Made by a program: the position numbers and the translations under genes
Source: Octopus bimaculoides
Taxonomy: Eukaryota
Assembly: GCF_001194135.2 (NCBI RefSeq)
Contig: NC_068989.1
Coordinates: forward strand, 58,891,082-58,955,081
Length of the DNA: 64,000 bases
Direction: 5' to 3'
Notes under the pieces: model-generated
Databases searched by the model: none
What the model saw: the letters and a program-made list of their open reading frames with translations, nothing else
What the model was told of the DNA's origin: nothing
In this document: one piece after another, positions 63,937-64,000 of the stretch
Position numbering within the stretch: position 1 is the stretch's first letter
Layout of the letters: each line of letters opens with the position of its first letter

Positions 63937-64000
<64 letters not shown>

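Overview
Eukaryotic, AT-rich, repeat-dominated draft-assembly DNA with 10 N-gaps that mostly sit at microsatellites. No prokaryotic genes, rRNA, true tRNA genes or CRISPR arrays are visible. The SINE families, dense (AT)/(CA)/(AG)/(ATT) tracts and transposon mix look like an octopod cephalopod genome (recognised from memory, not verified by search). Most of the supplied ORF track is microsatellite or N-gap artefact. Recognisable elements: decayed Tc1, hAT (SPIN/GTF2IRD2-like), mariner, piggyBac-like and Helitron-like DNA elements; Penelope, CR1, RTE and a 5'-truncated R4/Dong non-LTR element; a Gypsy 5' LTR with a tRNA-Ser primer-binding site and gag remnant; about 20 tRNA-derived SINEs, several with exact target-site duplications (TSDs). 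Highlights: (1) an 836-bp GG-ended, 8-bp-TSD (Merlin-like) foldback element with perfect 26-bp terminal inverted repeats (TIRs) whose centre carries head-to-head telomeric TTAGGG/CCCTAA arrays mirrored 39/39 nt; (2) an unannotated minus-strand spliced-gene candidate: three phase-compatible exons at 58.6-60.0 kb giving a WD40- or SH3-like peptide, and a separate exon at 24.2 kb with a thrice-repeated (Y/D)GxxPQR(Y/H) motif preserved by synonymous changes; (3) a pre-miRNA-like hairpin, an RFX X-box/CCAAT pair and a double E-box palindrome. All family assignments are by eye from translated motifs and need HMM/Dfam confirmation.
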